A DNA stretch of 64,000 nt from Ignavibacteriota bacterium (GCA_963787835.1 CAWBEI010000005.1:224001-288000); one strand, 5' to 3'; shown: positions 38,187 to 49,024, counted from the first letter of the stretch. Program-made: numbers and translations. The notes: generated by a model not told the origin, from the sequence alone.

Positions 38187-39833
38187 TCATCTATCACCGG
38201 ACGTGTCTTCACTAGCATGGGAGATATCGAGTATTCGTGTAACCCACAGCGAAGCAGAATCAGCAGAAGTTAGACTCTGACCGACCGGTGCAGGAAAACG
38301 AAACACTTCCGGAGCATAAAACCGTCCATGCATTGCCGGCGCCCACGGCTGCACTTGCTGTTTGTGAGGCTCGAAAATATCCCAGTGCCAATTCTGCTCG
38401 TGAAATTCGCGGAGCGGGTAGGAAACGATGTAGTACTGCACTCCATATTTTCTTAGGACATGAAGAAGGTCGGCCTGCGCCCCAATGGAATCCACCATTG
38501 CCTGATCGGCAGCAAGTCCCTCGAGTTGTAAGATTGGTTGTCCTGTAATGAACGCCGTGAGGCCCGCACGATCACCCATTGCATATCGTCCCGGATGGGC
38601 ATCGGTAAATGGCTTTATTCCAAGTGCATGAATGTAAATATTAGGCTGAGCACGAGTCTGAGATTCAACGAGATTGAGCTTTGACGTAAGGCCAACAATA
38701 TCTCTGTACAGGATGAAAGACGCAATCGTGATAACAGCGATCAAGGCAATGGGGGCAAGCCTGTCAACAACATTTCTAAAATTGTCTGAAATGAGAGATC
38801 GAATTTCAAAAAGCGCCGCTGCAGCAGAGATAGGATAGGGATAAAAATACCAATAATACGAACTCCACGAAAGCTTTGAGGCGAGAACAATTGCAAACAG
38901 GAGCGGAAATCCGAATATGACGATTCGAACCCCAGCGTCTCTGTGATATTTGCGAAATGAGCGAATTGAAAACACCAACCCTGCGACGGTGAGCAAAAAA
39001 TAGATCGAACCTCGTGGGCTACCGATGGCATCGATCGCTCGCCAGGAAAAATGCCAGCCAAGGGCTAACTGTTTGGCTTCTGCGCTTACCGGTTCCCACG
39101 ATCCGAATACCGCATGATTCCATATAAAATATGCAACAACCGGAGTAAGACCTAAAAGAAACACACCTAATTCTTGCCATCCAACTTTATTGAAGATAAG
39201 AAGCGCAAAGGCGATAGAAATAGCCAGCGCTGTATCGAGCCGAGCCAGAATCATTAGCGAGGCAGCTAAGCCACTCAGCAGAAATGACGTAAGATGGTGA
39301 GTGTCTCCTAAAACGGAAAGAAAAGTCAAAATGAAAAGCACATAGCATGGAATCACAACCGCCGTTTCCATTCCCGAAAAAATAAGGACCGTAAGAAGCA
39401 AGGACGTAACCAGAACGATTGGAGCGAGCCAAGTTTGTTTCCCATATACCCGATCGAACAGGCGCCATAAAAGTAACGCGCTCACGGTGGCTGAAACGAT
39501 CTGAACGACGGATAATAATTGAAAGAACGTGTGGTCATTCCCGCCGGTGATCGCTACAAGTCCAGTTAGGCACCACAGCCAGAGCGGGTGGTAACCATTC
39601 GTAGGCACAATGCCATCGAACGAAGAAAAGCCGTGAAGGGCAATATGCTTTGCTGTGAGATAGTAATAGTAGAAATCATCCTGCGGGATGATCGAGTAAG
39701 CAAGTGATCCGCGCCAAAGGTGGTACAGCGATTCATACGCAAGCCCGCACGCAAAAAGGAACGTGCCAATAAGAACCGTGTACCGACCGCCTAAAGAAGG
39801 ACTATGAGACTTCATGCACTTTACACTCGGCAC
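38187..39833 (-). CDS. Multi-pass membrane protein, GT-C glycosyltransferase-like
   Basis: DDFYYY, TNGYHPLW, SGMET, ARLD motifs with many TM helices. Confidence 0.7.
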   Translation of the reverse strand: MPSVKCMKSHSPSLGGRYTVLIGTFLFACGLAYESLYHLWRGSLAYSIIPQDDFYYYYLTAKHIALHGFSSFDGIVPTNGYHPLWLWCLTGLVAITGGNDHTFFQLLSVVQIVSATVSALLLWRLFDRVYGKQTWLAPIVLVTSLLLTVLIFSGMETAVVIPCYVLFILTFLSVLGDTHHLTSFLLSGLAASLMILARLDTALAISIAFALLIFNKVGWQELGVFLLGLTPVVAYFIWNHAVFGSWEPVSAEAKQLALGWHFSWRAIDAIGSPRGSIYFLLTVAGLVFSIRSFRKYHRDAGVRIVIFGFPLLFAIVLASKLSWSSYYWYFYPYPISAAAALFEIRSLISDNFRNVVDRLAPIALIAVITIASFILYRDIVGLTSKLNLVESQTRAQPNIYIHALGIKPFTDAHPGRYAMGDRAGLTAFITGQPILQLEGLAADQAMVDSIGAQADLLHVLRKYGVQYYIVSYPLREFHEQNWHWDIFEPHKQQVQPWAPAMHGRFYAPEVFRFPAPVGQSLTSADSASLWVTRILDISHASEDTSGDR

Positions 39834-39865
39834 ACAAGCGGCTTAAGTCTAACAAAAGCTTGAGA

Positions 39866-40630
39866 TTACGCCTCGCCCAAATACGCCTCGATCACTTTAC
39901 GATCGTTGCGAATTTCTTTCGGCGTGCCTTCCGCTATCTTCAAGCCATAATCAAGCACATAGATTCGTTCACAGATACCCATCACAAGCGACATATCATG
40001 CTCGATCAGCAGCACCGCGATCTTGAATTGCTCGCGCACTTCCTGGATCAGGCGCATAAGCGCGTGTTTTTCAGCGGGATTCATTCCAGCAGCCGGTTCA
40101 TCCAGAAGTAGAAGCTTGGGATTGGTTGCCAGTGCCCGCACGATCTCTAATCGCCGCTGATCACCATACGGAAGGCTTGTTGCATGCTCGTCGCGTGCTT
40201 CACGCAGATGAAAAAGATCGAGGAGTTCTTCGATCTTTACAGCGAGTTTTTTTTCGTTCTGATAAAAACCCTTAAACCGAAGGACAGACCCCCAGGGCCC
40301 GTATGTTGTTTGGGATGTCAAAGAAACACGGATGTTATCAAAGACTGTCATGCCCTTAAAGAGGCGAATATTCTGGAATGTTCGCGCAATACCTCTATGG
40401 CTGATCTGATTTGGGCGCAGACCATTTAACTCCTCACCTTGAAATTGGATATGCCCGACGGTAGGTGAATACACGCCGGTGATAACATTGAACACCGTTG
40501 TTTTACCCGCTCCATTTGGGCCTATCAGACCCACGAGGTCGTGCGGGCCGACTTCAGCCTCAAGCTCTCCGACGGCCGTAATGCCGCCAAAGCGCATGGT
40601 AACGTTATTAAGAGTTAAACCTTCGGTCAT
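39866..40630 (-). CDS. livG: Branched-chain amino acid ABC transporter ATPase (LivG-like)
   Basis: GPNGAGKTT, ARTFQNIRLF, LPYGDQRRLEI, DEPAAG, IEHDM. Confidence 0.92.
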   Translation of the reverse strand: MTEGLTLNNVTMRFGGITAVGELEAEVGPHDLVGLIGPNGAGKTTVFNVITGVYSPTVGHIQFQGEELNGLRPNQISHRGIARTFQNIRLFKGMTVFDNIRVSLTSQTTYGPWGSVLRFKGFYQNEKKLAVKIEELLDLFHLREARDEHATSLPYGDQRRLEIVRALATNPKLLLLDEPAAGMNPAEKHALMRLIQEVREQFKIAVLLIEHDMSLVMGICERIYVLDYGLKIAEGTPKEIRNDRKVIEAYLGEA

Positions 40631-40635
40631 GAGCT

Positions 40636-40729
40636 GTAGCCGTGGGCTTTAGCCCACGGTGTATTGTAATTCATTTCTCCAAAATCGCATTTCATTGCTT
40701 CGCCACCGTGACCTGAAGGTCACGGCTAC
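40636..40729. repeat. GTAG-type REP doublet (CCGTG family)
   Basis: GTAGCCGTGGGCTTTAGCCCACGGTG...CACCGTGACCTGAAGGTCACGGCTAC; sibling at 53704. Confidence 0.9.
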
Positions 40730-40730
40730 G

Positions 40731-41864
40731 TTATTTCACATCCGTTTTGATAAACGGCGGCTTTTGCACGATAGCTTTAACGCGCTTGCCGGGACGCACT
40801 TCAACGAGTATTTCAGTTCCATCTTTCGAAAGCTCTGTCGGTACATAACCCAGCGCGATAGATTTATTCAGCATCGGCGATAAATTCCCGCTCGTTACTT
40901 CGCCAATTTGTGCGCCATTGGCATCGACGATCTTATGCCCGTGCCGCATGATCGCGCCTTTTTCATCGGTGTAAAATCCAACCAGCTTGCGGGTGAGCCC
41001 CTTTTCTTTAATGGCACGAAGAGCAGGGAAGGCCAGGCATTCCGGCGTTTTATTCAGCTTTGTGATCCAGCCGAGACCCGCTTCGAGAGGATTTGTATCT
41101 TCCGTTATATCATTCCCATAAAGGCAGTAGCCCATTTCTAACCGGAGGGTATCGCGCGCGCCGAGACCGATGGCTTGCAATCCCGCTTTTGCACCGGCGG
41201 CAAAGAGTGCATCCCACACTTTATTAGCGGTTGGCTGTTCGCTGGTAAAAAAGATCTCGAAACCAGGCTCGCCGGTATAGCCGGTGCGAGCGATCGTCAT
41301 ATCCACGCCCGCGAGCGTGCCTGTGGTGAAATGATAATACTCGATCGCATTGAGATCGACGCTCGTAAGCGTCTGCAAAATACCTTTTGCGGATTTCCCC
41401 TGCACGGCAAGCAGCGCGGTCGCATCGGAATCATTCCTGAGCGTGACGTTAAAGTTTGCGGATTGCTTTAAAAACCACGCCCAATCTTTATCGAGCGTCG
41501 CGCCGTTGACGACGATCATATAATGCTCCGGCTCGCGCATATAGACTATCAGATCGTCTAACAGGGTGCCGCGCTCGTTCGGGAGGCTGCTATATTGCGC
41601 GCGGCCGGGAATGAGCGCGCTGACATCGTTCGTGGTGATGGTCTGCAGGAACCGGAGCGCATCCGGGCCGGCGACATCGAACTCGCCCATGTGCGAGACG
41701 TCGAACACGCCCCCGCCCGTCGTATCTGTGGACTCGCGGACGGCCTTGTGCTCGGCGATAATGCCCTTGGTGTACTGCACCGGCATCTCATACCCGGCAA
41801 ACTCGACCATCTTGCCACCTAAGGCAACATGCTTATCGTAAAATGGTGTGCGTTTGAGTGACAA
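40731..41864 (-). CDS. gcvT: Glycine cleavage system aminomethyltransferase T
   Basis: FDVSHMG, ARTGYTGEPGFE, GLGARDTLRLEMGYCLYG. Confidence 0.97.
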   Translation of the reverse strand: MSLKRTPFYDKHVALGGKMVEFAGYEMPVQYTKGIIAEHKAVRESTDTTGGGVFDVSHMGEFDVAGPDALRFLQTITTNDVSALIPGRAQYSSLPNERGTLLDDLIVYMREPEHYMIVVNGATLDKDWAWFLKQSANFNVTLRNDSDATALLAVQGKSAKGILQTLTSVDLNAIEYYHFTTGTLAGVDMTIARTGYTGEPGFEIFFTSEQPTANKVWDALFAAGAKAGLQAIGLGARDTLRLEMGYCLYGNDITEDTNPLEAGLGWITKLNKTPECLAFPALRAIKEKGLTRKLVGFYTDEKGAIMRHGHKIVDANGAQIGEVTSGNLSPMLNKSIALGYVPTELSKDGTEILVEVRPGKRVKAIVQKPPFIKTDVK

Positions 41865-41962
41865 TGATGAATGAGGAATTATGAATGATGAAATGGGGAT
41901 AAAAAAGAAAGGAAATCTAAAGAATGAGGACTAAAGTTGCATTGGAATTGACTTGCTCGGCT

Positions 41963-43174
41963 TTATTCCTTTTTGATAACTAGTCTTTCAATTCCTTCGG
42001 CGAAGGTGTCCCAGGAGTATTTTTTCTTCTCCTGCTTGACGCCTTCGGTGAGCCGGGGTTCGAGCGCCAACTGGAAATAGCGGAGTACGGCCTCGGCAAT
42101 GGCTTCGGGCGTGGCATCCTTGGCAATGATTCCGCTGATGCCATCGATGACGATCTCGGCCAGTCCGCCGACATTGGTGGCAATGACGGGGACATCGAAA
42201 TTGTAAGCGATCTGCACAATTCCGGATTGCGTCGCGGACCGGTAGGGCAGCACGGCCACATTCGCCGCGCTGAAATAGAGGGCCACGTCGTCGTTGGGAA
42301 TGTAGTCGGTGGCGAGCACAAGGTTCTTCGCAGGGATGCGGAGTTCTTGAATGAGAGAACGATATTCCTTCTCATCGCCATAGAACTCGCCGGCAACGAT
42401 GAGGCGAATTTCCGGCAGGGATTCGATAATACGCGGCATGGCTCGGAGCAGGATGTCGAGTCCCTTGTATTTTCGGATGTATCCGAAAAAGAGAATGGCT
42501 GGGGCGTCATCGGGGATCGAAAGTTTTTTGCGGGCTTCGGAGCGGTTGATGCGCTCGCCGAAGATCTCGTAAATGGGATGATCGAGCCGAATGAATTTTG
42601 CATTTGGAACGAGAGATTTCAGATCTTGCTCGACGGCTTCCGATTGGACGATAAAGCGATCGACCGCTCGGAACGCAAATTTGGTGAGCAGAATGTCACC
42701 CGGCCGCTTTTCATGCGGCAGGACGTTATCGGCAATGAATGCAATTTTGCATAGCTTGCCCTGTTTTCGGGTAAGCCGTTTGGCAGTGCGAGCGATCACT
42801 CCATAGGCTGGAGCGAAGAATGGGATCCAATATTTGAAGAGGATTAGATCGGGCTTGAACTTCGCGGCTTCTATTCCAGCGTTTCTCCAGGTGAGGGGAT
42901 CGATGGAGTCGATTATTATGTCGGTGGTCACAGCCCCCTCACCCAGCGCACCTTCGGTGCGCGTCCCTCTCCCCACTTCGTGGGGCGAGGGTTTGGTGGC
43001 GGCGGATGATTCTTCCTGAGATTTTCCGGGGAACAGGAACTTTGGATATTGGCGCTTGAACGTAATAATCTTTACATCATGACCACGCTTTACCAGCGTT
43101 TGACTCAGCAGCGAAACATAATGCGCGATACCACCGCGCAGGGGATAGGCCGTTCCAACGATAACGATCCTCAT
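41963..43174 (-). CDS. Glycosyltransferase family 4 with an in-frame repeat insert
   Basis: AYPLRGGIA, FFGYIRKYKG, LPYRSATQSG, TNVGGLAE. Confidence 0.92.
   Translation of the reverse strand: MRIVIVGTAYPLRGGIAHYVSLLSQTLVKRGHDVKIITFKRQYPKFLFPGKSQEESSAATKPSPHEVGRGTRTEGALGEGAVTTDIIIDSIDPLTWRNAGIEAAKFKPDLILFKYWIPFFAPAYGVIARTAKRLTRKQGKLCKIAFIADNVLPHEKRPGDILLTKFAFRAVDRFIVQSEAVEQDLKSLVPNAKFIRLDHPIYEIFGERINRSEARKKLSIPDDAPAILFFGYIRKYKGLDILLRAMPRIIESLPEIRLIVAGEFYGDEKEYRSLIQELRIPAKNLVLATDYIPNDDVALYFSAANVAVLPYRSATQSGIVQIAYNFDVPVIATNVGGLAEIVIDGISGIIAKDATPEAIAEAVLRYFQLALEPRLTEGVKQEKKKYSWDTFAEGIERLVIKKE
42934..42991. repeat. CCCCTCACCC...CCCTCTCCC...GGGGCGAGGG repeat element inside a CDS
   Basis: Two hairpins (gcgcacc-ttc-ggtgcgc and ccccac-ttc-gtgggg) between CCCCTCACCC and GAGGG ends. 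Confidence 0.8.
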
Positions 43175-43177
43175 GGT

Positions 43178-43978
43178 TTACGAAACGCTTTCGGCGCTGT
43201 ACCGCGCAATGAGGCCGGTCCTGACAGCGTGGTAGTATTGAATCCGGAAGAACCATGCTGCGAGCAGCACATAGACGATGGCCAGCGAGCAGCCGATCAG
43301 GACGGAATCCGTTGGAACCTGCTGACCATGAACGACGGCTCGCAGCGCTTCGAAGATGTAGGAAGCAGGAAGTATTCGGGCTACAGGTTGCAGCCACATC
43401 GGAAGCGCTGAAACAGGATAAAATACTGCCGCGACGGGAGCCAGCACTGCCGGCATGGGCCAGATGAACCACTCGGCAGCGGGACCAAGCCGGAGGACAA
43501 TACCAATGGCAAAAATTCCAAATGCAATACCGAAGAGAAACAAGCCGAGAACAAGAATTAGGACGATGAAACCATACGAAAAGATCCAAAGGCCAAAGAC
43601 GAGACCAGCGAGAAGCAGCATGATGACAAGGCCGAAAATGCTTGTCAGCATGCTGGCGGCGATGAGTCCACCGAGATATTCTGAAATTCGAAGCGGGGTT
43701 GCGAACATATTCAGGAAATTACGCGACCAGACATCTTCGAAAAATGAGGTGGAAATACCGAACATAGCTCTGGTGAAAAAATCCCAAAGCAAAACGGCGC
43801 CGAGCATCGTCGAAACGAAATTAAAGCTGGACTGGACGGTATCTAAATACCTCGTGATAAAACCCCAGAGGATAATATCAATGGCAGCCCATGCGAAGAG
43901 TGGAAAAATGCGAGTAAAACTACCACGCATCAAATAGAAAATGCGAAGAACAATGGCTGAAGCACGGCGGAAATTCAT
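43178..43978 (-). CDS. ABC-2 type transporter permease
   Basis: Six TM segments; DVWSRNFLNMFATPL, VFYPVSALP.WLQ. Confidence 0.9.
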   Translation of the reverse strand: MNFRRASAIVLRIFYLMRGSFTRIFPLFAWAAIDIILWGFITRYLDTVQSSFNFVSTMLGAVLLWDFFTRAMFGISTSFFEDVWSRNFLNMFATPLRISEYLGGLIAASMLTSIFGLVIMLLLAGLVFGLWIFSYGFIVLILVLGLFLFGIAFGIFAIGIVLRLGPAAEWFIWPMPAVLAPVAAVFYPVSALPMWLQPVARILPASYIFEALRAVVHGQQVPTDSVLIGCSLAIVYVLLAAWFFRIQYYHAVRTGLIARYSAESVS

Positions 43979-44739
43979 ACAACCACCCCCGGTTCTAAGG
44001 AAAGAGGTTCGCGGGCCACGGTTACGAAGAGATCTTCGAGGGAGCTTTTGCCATGCTCGGCTGGGAGCTTCTTTGGATCGCCTTCAAGTAATATTTTACC
44101 TTTGGAGAGGAATAGGACTCGATCGCAAACATCGGTCACTTCGTACATATTGTGGGATGTCCACAGAGCTCCGACAGGATTCCGATGCACGAATTCAACG
44201 ATGGTTTCGCGGATATACCGGGCTGCGGATGGATCGAGCGAAGCGGTTGGTTCATCGAGAAGCAGCAGAGGAGGTTTGTTCAACAGGGCTTTTGCAAGTC
44301 CGGCGCGGGTTTGTTCGCCAGAAGAAAGCACCCCGCATTTCGTCTTCCGAAAATTCTTCAGATCAAAGGCTTCTAACATTTCCTCAATGCGCTGCGAAAG
44401 ATTTGGAACTCCGTAGAGCATTCCGAAAATGCGAAGATTTTCCACGACGGTTAAATTCCCAGGCAGCGGTGCATACACAGCCGCAAAATTCGTATTCTGT
44501 AGAGCGAGAGACCGATGCTTCGCAAGATCGATGCCATCTATAGTAACCGTTCCAGATGTCGGCTCAAGCACGCCAAGGATGACACTGATCGTCGTTGTCT
44601 TTCCAGCGCCATTGGGGCCGAGAAGTCCGACGATCTCATTTGGATTTACATCAAAGGAGATACCATCGACTGCTAACGTTTCGCCATACATCTTCCGAAG
44701 TTCATGGACGGCAAGCACCGGTGAGATATTGGAGGTCAT
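43975..44739 (-). CDS. ABC-2 type transporter ATP-binding protein
   Basis: GPNGAGKTT, LSSGE, LLDEPTASLD, SHNM. Confidence 0.93.
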   Translation of the reverse strand: MTSNISPVLAVHELRKMYGETLAVDGISFDVNPNEIVGLLGPNGAGKTTTISVILGVLEPTSGTVTIDGIDLAKHRSLALQNTNFAAVYAPLPGNLTVVENLRIFGMLYGVPNLSQRIEEMLEAFDLKNFRKTKCGVLSSGEQTRAGLAKALLNKPPLLLLDEPTASLDPSAARYIRETIVEFVHRNPVGALWTSHNMYEVTDVCDRVLFLSKGKILLEGDPKKLPAEHGKSSLEDLFVTVAREPLSLEPGVVV

Positions 44740-45938
44740 CTTATGCGCTTTACATTTTTATGACCCTTCGCTGTCTTCTGTTTGCGCTTGATAGAGGGTT
44801 TGTTCAGTACTTGCTCATAAACTGCCTCATAGATTGGCACGATACGCTCTTTGGCGAATTCTTTTGTTGCTCGATCGTACGCTGCTTTTGAAACACGAGT
44901 GTGGAGCTTTTTATCGGTCAGGAGGTCGATAGTTCGCTCAGCGAGTGCTTCCGTATCGCCTACAGGAACCACAAATCCTGTTCTGCCATCGACATTGAGT
45001 TCCGGCAGTCCACCAACATCGCTGGAAACCACTGGAAGGCCGCAGGCCATTGCCTCAAGGGCGGACAGACCGAAGCTTTCATTACCGGAAGGCATCAGGA
45101 ATACGTCGCTTGCTGAAAGTACGGATGCGAGTTCGCTTTGCTTACCGAGAAATCTGGTTTGCTGCCAAATTCCCAGTTCCCGAGCAAGGGCCTGGCACTC
45201 GCCACGGTCAGGGCCATCGCCAATGAGAAGCAATTTAGCTTTCACGCCGCGCTCGAGAATGATCTTTAGCGCAAGGATGGTATCCTTTACCCGCTTTACC
45301 TCCCGGAAGTTGGAAGTATGCACAAGAAGCTTCTCTCCGTTGGGAGCAAGCAATCGTTTGAGATTTTTAGAATCGACAGGTCGAAACACTTCGGTATCGA
45401 TAAAATTTGGAATGACTTCGATCTCTTTTTCAACATCGTAATTATTGATGGTCTCATCGCGCAGGAATTTGGAGACGGCGGTAACCGCATCGGAACATTC
45501 GATCGAAAATTTCATCAATGGTTCGAAGCTGGGCTCGAGTCCGACAAGCGTGATGTCCGTTCCATGCAACGTGGTAACGATCTTGATGTCATTCTTCAGA
45601 ATTTGCTTGGCGAGAACAGCGGCTGTCGCATGTGGAATGGCATAATGCGCGTGAATCAAATCGAGCTTTTCGAAACGGGCAACTTCCACCATCGCACTTG
45701 TGAGCGCCATCGAGTACAATGGAAATTCGAAAAGGGGATACGTGGACATCTCGACTTCGTGGTAAAAAATATTATCGAGATAGCGAGCATCCTCATGGCC
45801 CGCGCCGGTGAGCCGCATGGGCAAGGCATACGTGATGAAATGTACGTGGTGTCCGCGCTCCGCGAGCGATTTTCCGAGTTCTGTTGCTATGACGCCCGAA
45901 CCGCCATAGGTGGGGTAACAAGTAATGCCGATATTCAT
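44736..45938 (-). CDS. bshA: N-acetyl-alpha-D-glucosaminyl L-malate synthase
   Basis: IGITCYPTYGGSG..ATELG, HAHYAIPHA, TTLHGTDITLVG, SNFR.VKR, ESFGLSALEAM. Confidence 0.95.
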   Translation of the reverse strand: MNIGITCYPTYGGSGVIATELGKSLAERGHHVHFITYALPMRLTGAGHEDARYLDNIFYHEVEMSTYPLFEFPLYSMALTSAMVEVARFEKLDLIHAHYAIPHATAAVLAKQILKNDIKIVTTLHGTDITLVGLEPSFEPLMKFSIECSDAVTAVSKFLRDETINNYDVEKEIEVIPNFIDTEVFRPVDSKNLKRLLAPNGEKLLVHTSNFREVKRVKDTILALKIILERGVKAKLLLIGDGPDRGECQALARELGIWQQTRFLGKQSELASVLSASDVFLMPSGNESFGLSALEAMACGLPVVSSDVGGLPELNVDGRTGFVVPVGDTEALAERTIDLLTDKKLHTRVSKAAYDRATKEFAKERIVPIYEAVYEQVLNKPSIKRKQKTAKGHKNVKRIR

Positions 45939-46000
45939 AAAGTTGAAAGAAAACAAAGGCTATCCGCACTTCGTCCCTTCCAAAACTGTTGGGACGCTCA

Positions 46001-46636
46001 ATGCCTGCTGAGGATTTTTATTATACCATTGAATCGCATGTTCGCGCGCCTGACTTTAAAGTAAAAGGCTCGCGATTCATTGCCGATCTGCTGCCTGTTT
46101 CGACAAAGGCGGAGGTCGATCATGCGCTTGTAAAGATTCGTAAGGAATTTCACGATGCTTCGCATCATTCATTTGCGTATCGCCTTGGGCCGGAAGCATT
46201 GCTGGTTCGTGCGGCTGACGATGGCGAACCAACCGGCACTGCTGGTAAGCCAATTCTGCTTGTGCTGACGTCTCGGAAAATAACGAACGTGCTCCTTGTC
46301 GTCACTCGCTTTTTTGGAGGTACAAAGCTTGGTACGGGTGGACTTGCGCGTGCCTATGCCGAAGCAGCGCAACAGACTGTTTCAATGTCGAAGGTTGTGA
46401 AAGTGTACCTGACCAAAACGGTGTCACTGGAAGTGCATTATGAAGATCTGCCTGCTATGGAGCGGCTAATTCATTTATTCGAAGGGGAAATCCGAGAAAC
46501 AACGTATCTTTCGAGTGTCTCGCTTACTGTTGCGGTTCGGTTATTTAAGCTAGAACCATTCCTTGCGGCAGTTATGGATTCCTTTCATGGCCGGGTTAGG
46601 CTGGGCTCGATCGAAGGAATTGCCACTCCGCAGTGA
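46001..46636 (+). CDS. YigZ/IMPACT family protein
   Basis: KGSRFIA, ASHHSFAY, DDGEPTGTAGKP, RFFGGTKLGTGGL. Confidence 0.93.
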   Translation: MPAEDFYYTIESHVRAPDFKVKGSRFIADLLPVSTKAEVDHALVKIRKEFHDASHHSFAYRLGPEALLVRAADDGEPTGTAGKPILLVLTSRKITNVLLVVTRFFGGTKLGTGGLARAYAEAAQQTVSMSKVVKVYLTKTVSLEVHYEDLPAMERLIHLFEGEIRETTYLSSVSLTVAVRLFKLEPFLAAVMDSFHGRVRLGSIEGIATPQ

Positions 46637-46676
46637 GTTAATGATTGACCAATGGGTCATAATTTATATGAATCCG

Positions 46677-48966
46677 TTACGGATACGTTCCATGAGTCGG
46701 TAGTGGTCCAAATGCAGAATGGAGAAGTAGTTCAAAGCGGAGTTCGCCAACTTGCATCTCGACTGTTTCCCTGCAAATGGAGGGAGCATAGTCAGTGGCA
46801 AACATTAAGTCATTACTTATGCGAGAATATCCTTCTGGCAATGAAGCAAAGTGAATTGCCATGAGTGAGATGCCAAGAGAGTCCTTCTGAGTTAATAGCC
46901 TTGTATTCAAACTCCTAATTCGTCCATGTTCGACCATGAAGTTTGGGTTACTAAACGGATCACATCCAGCAGCGGAAGTAAGCTCCCCCTTTCGTTCGAG
47001 TAGCACTCCTTGCATAAAGTCGAGGGCAAAAACTGTGCGATCGAATCCTGTATCGAGGTGGTGTTTACTTAATATTTTGAGAAGTGAATCAATGCTATCT
47101 CCAGGAGCTCTGTTTTTTAGATATTCATTACGCAACCAGAAAAATCCAGTCTGGCCCGACGTCTGAATGCAGAAGAAGTTTATGCGCATAAGCAGAGAGA
47201 AATGTTCCACTGCTGACTTTTACAGCAAGCGCAACAGTATATAGACTATCGGCGGAAAGTGTGTTGCCTGTAAGAGCCTGAAGATCCGCGCGGCGAAGAT
47301 CGAGCACTACATTCTGTTTCCGAACGATGGGGTTGTGTGTTGTATCAAGAATCGAAATGGCTTGGCTCAGATCGTTCTGTCTGAGAAACGTATTTGAAAG
47401 TCCTATAAGCGACTCGATACCGCCCCCGGCATTCAAAGCAGAGCGATAATAAGCCTGCGCTGTGCTATAGTTTCCATTGAGGTATGCATTATGCCCTTGA
47501 CGATTGAGTTTCCCGATTCTTCGCAGGCAGGGATTGTAAATTATGGAAGCCCGGTCATAATAATATCGAAAGTGCTCCGAATCGTCGGCATCCATTGGCG
47601 TCATCATAGGCGCGAGCCAGCGTTGCCATTCAGATTCAAGCGAATCGAGCGGCTTGCGATATTCTTTCTTCCAATCAAGCGAAGCATAGACATGGTTGAA
47701 CTGGGTGGGTCCATACGTACTCAGGAGATAGCGCGAAAACGATCCAGCAAGTACATAGCTCTTCTGGGAAGCATTTGCTGCAAAGCCAGTAAATGACATT
47801 ACCTCCTTCACGCCGTTCGCATAGTGCATTTGGAGAATTCGAGCGGCATGCTCATCGAGCGTGTAGATGCCATCGTATTCCGGTTCGACGGACATGGCAG
47901 CGCCTTCGGTCAGCCCCGTTGACCAACTTACATAAAAGGGGAATACACCTTTCTCCCGAAGTAGGACATGGGTAAGTTCGTGCTTCAAGGATTCTAAATT
48001 CTCTTTAGCAATATGTACTTCGCCAAGCCAGGGTTTTGAGATGGAAGCAGTTCGGGTTCCTATGAGCGAGAACATCGCATCACTTGAAGGATAGATATAG
48101 ATTCTGATCGGATCCTTTGGAGGTTGAAGTTCAAATCGACCTTTAATAGCATCCAGATACCAGCGAACATCTCGCTCGATCTTTTCGAGTTCATCACTTG
48201 AAAGTGAGCCGGGGGCATAATAGATGGTGCAATTTGAAACTGGTCGTACAATATTCTTTAGATTTTTTTCAACGGCATTGTGTGATGTTGTAATGTGAAA
48301 CTCATCGTTAAAAAAGAAGAGTGAAGTGGTAATGATGCTAAGAATAAGGACCCACCAATTTGCTCGCCTTTTACTATGAAATCCGTAAGCGAGCAGAAGT
48401 ACTAAGATTACCCAAGTAATATTCTCGATTCGAAAGATGAGATAGGAATTCGTTAATTCGAGGGATTCATCCCAAACAATTCCCGGGAAAAATCCATATT
48501 GCCAGCCGTACGTATAAAGCTGTGGGTTAAGATAGCCAGGTAAAAAAGAGAGAAAAAGTGTGATGATCCAAAAACCAATAAAAAGAAAAACTGCCTTTGA
48601 TCGTTTTTTCAAAAGCCATGAACATGCAAGTCCAAACAGTCCGCCGAGAAGGGCACTGGGGTACCCGATCTCTAAATAAAAGACAAGACCATCCCAGAAT
48701 GAGCAGTTAGGAATGAATGGGAGTGAAAGGATGGAAATGACTAATGGGACCGAAGCAACCAGAAGACAATCGAGAATAACCTCCCGAATTTCAGCCCACT
48801 GAGTCGATTTTGTCTTTTTAGGAATGGTAGCTGAAATCCCACATACCAGGCTCAAGGCCAATGCCATGATGGTAGAATACTCGAACCCCAGAATGGCAAA
48901 GAGCGGGCTTGAAAAGCTGATAACAAGCAGCGAAAGGAGGGCGATAATGCTGGCCAGGAAAATCAT
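46677..48966 (-). CDS. Membrane-anchored gluzincin (peptidase MA-like)/TPR protein, probably frameshifted near 47140
   Basis: N-terminal TM bundle, HELTH...EGAA motif, TPR-like helices; a second frame (46677-47210) continues past an A5 run. Confidence 0.65.
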
Positions 48967-49024
48967 GGAGACGAAAATACTCTATTTTTTGACGGATTCA
49001 GCACATACGTGGCATTTTTTTTCG

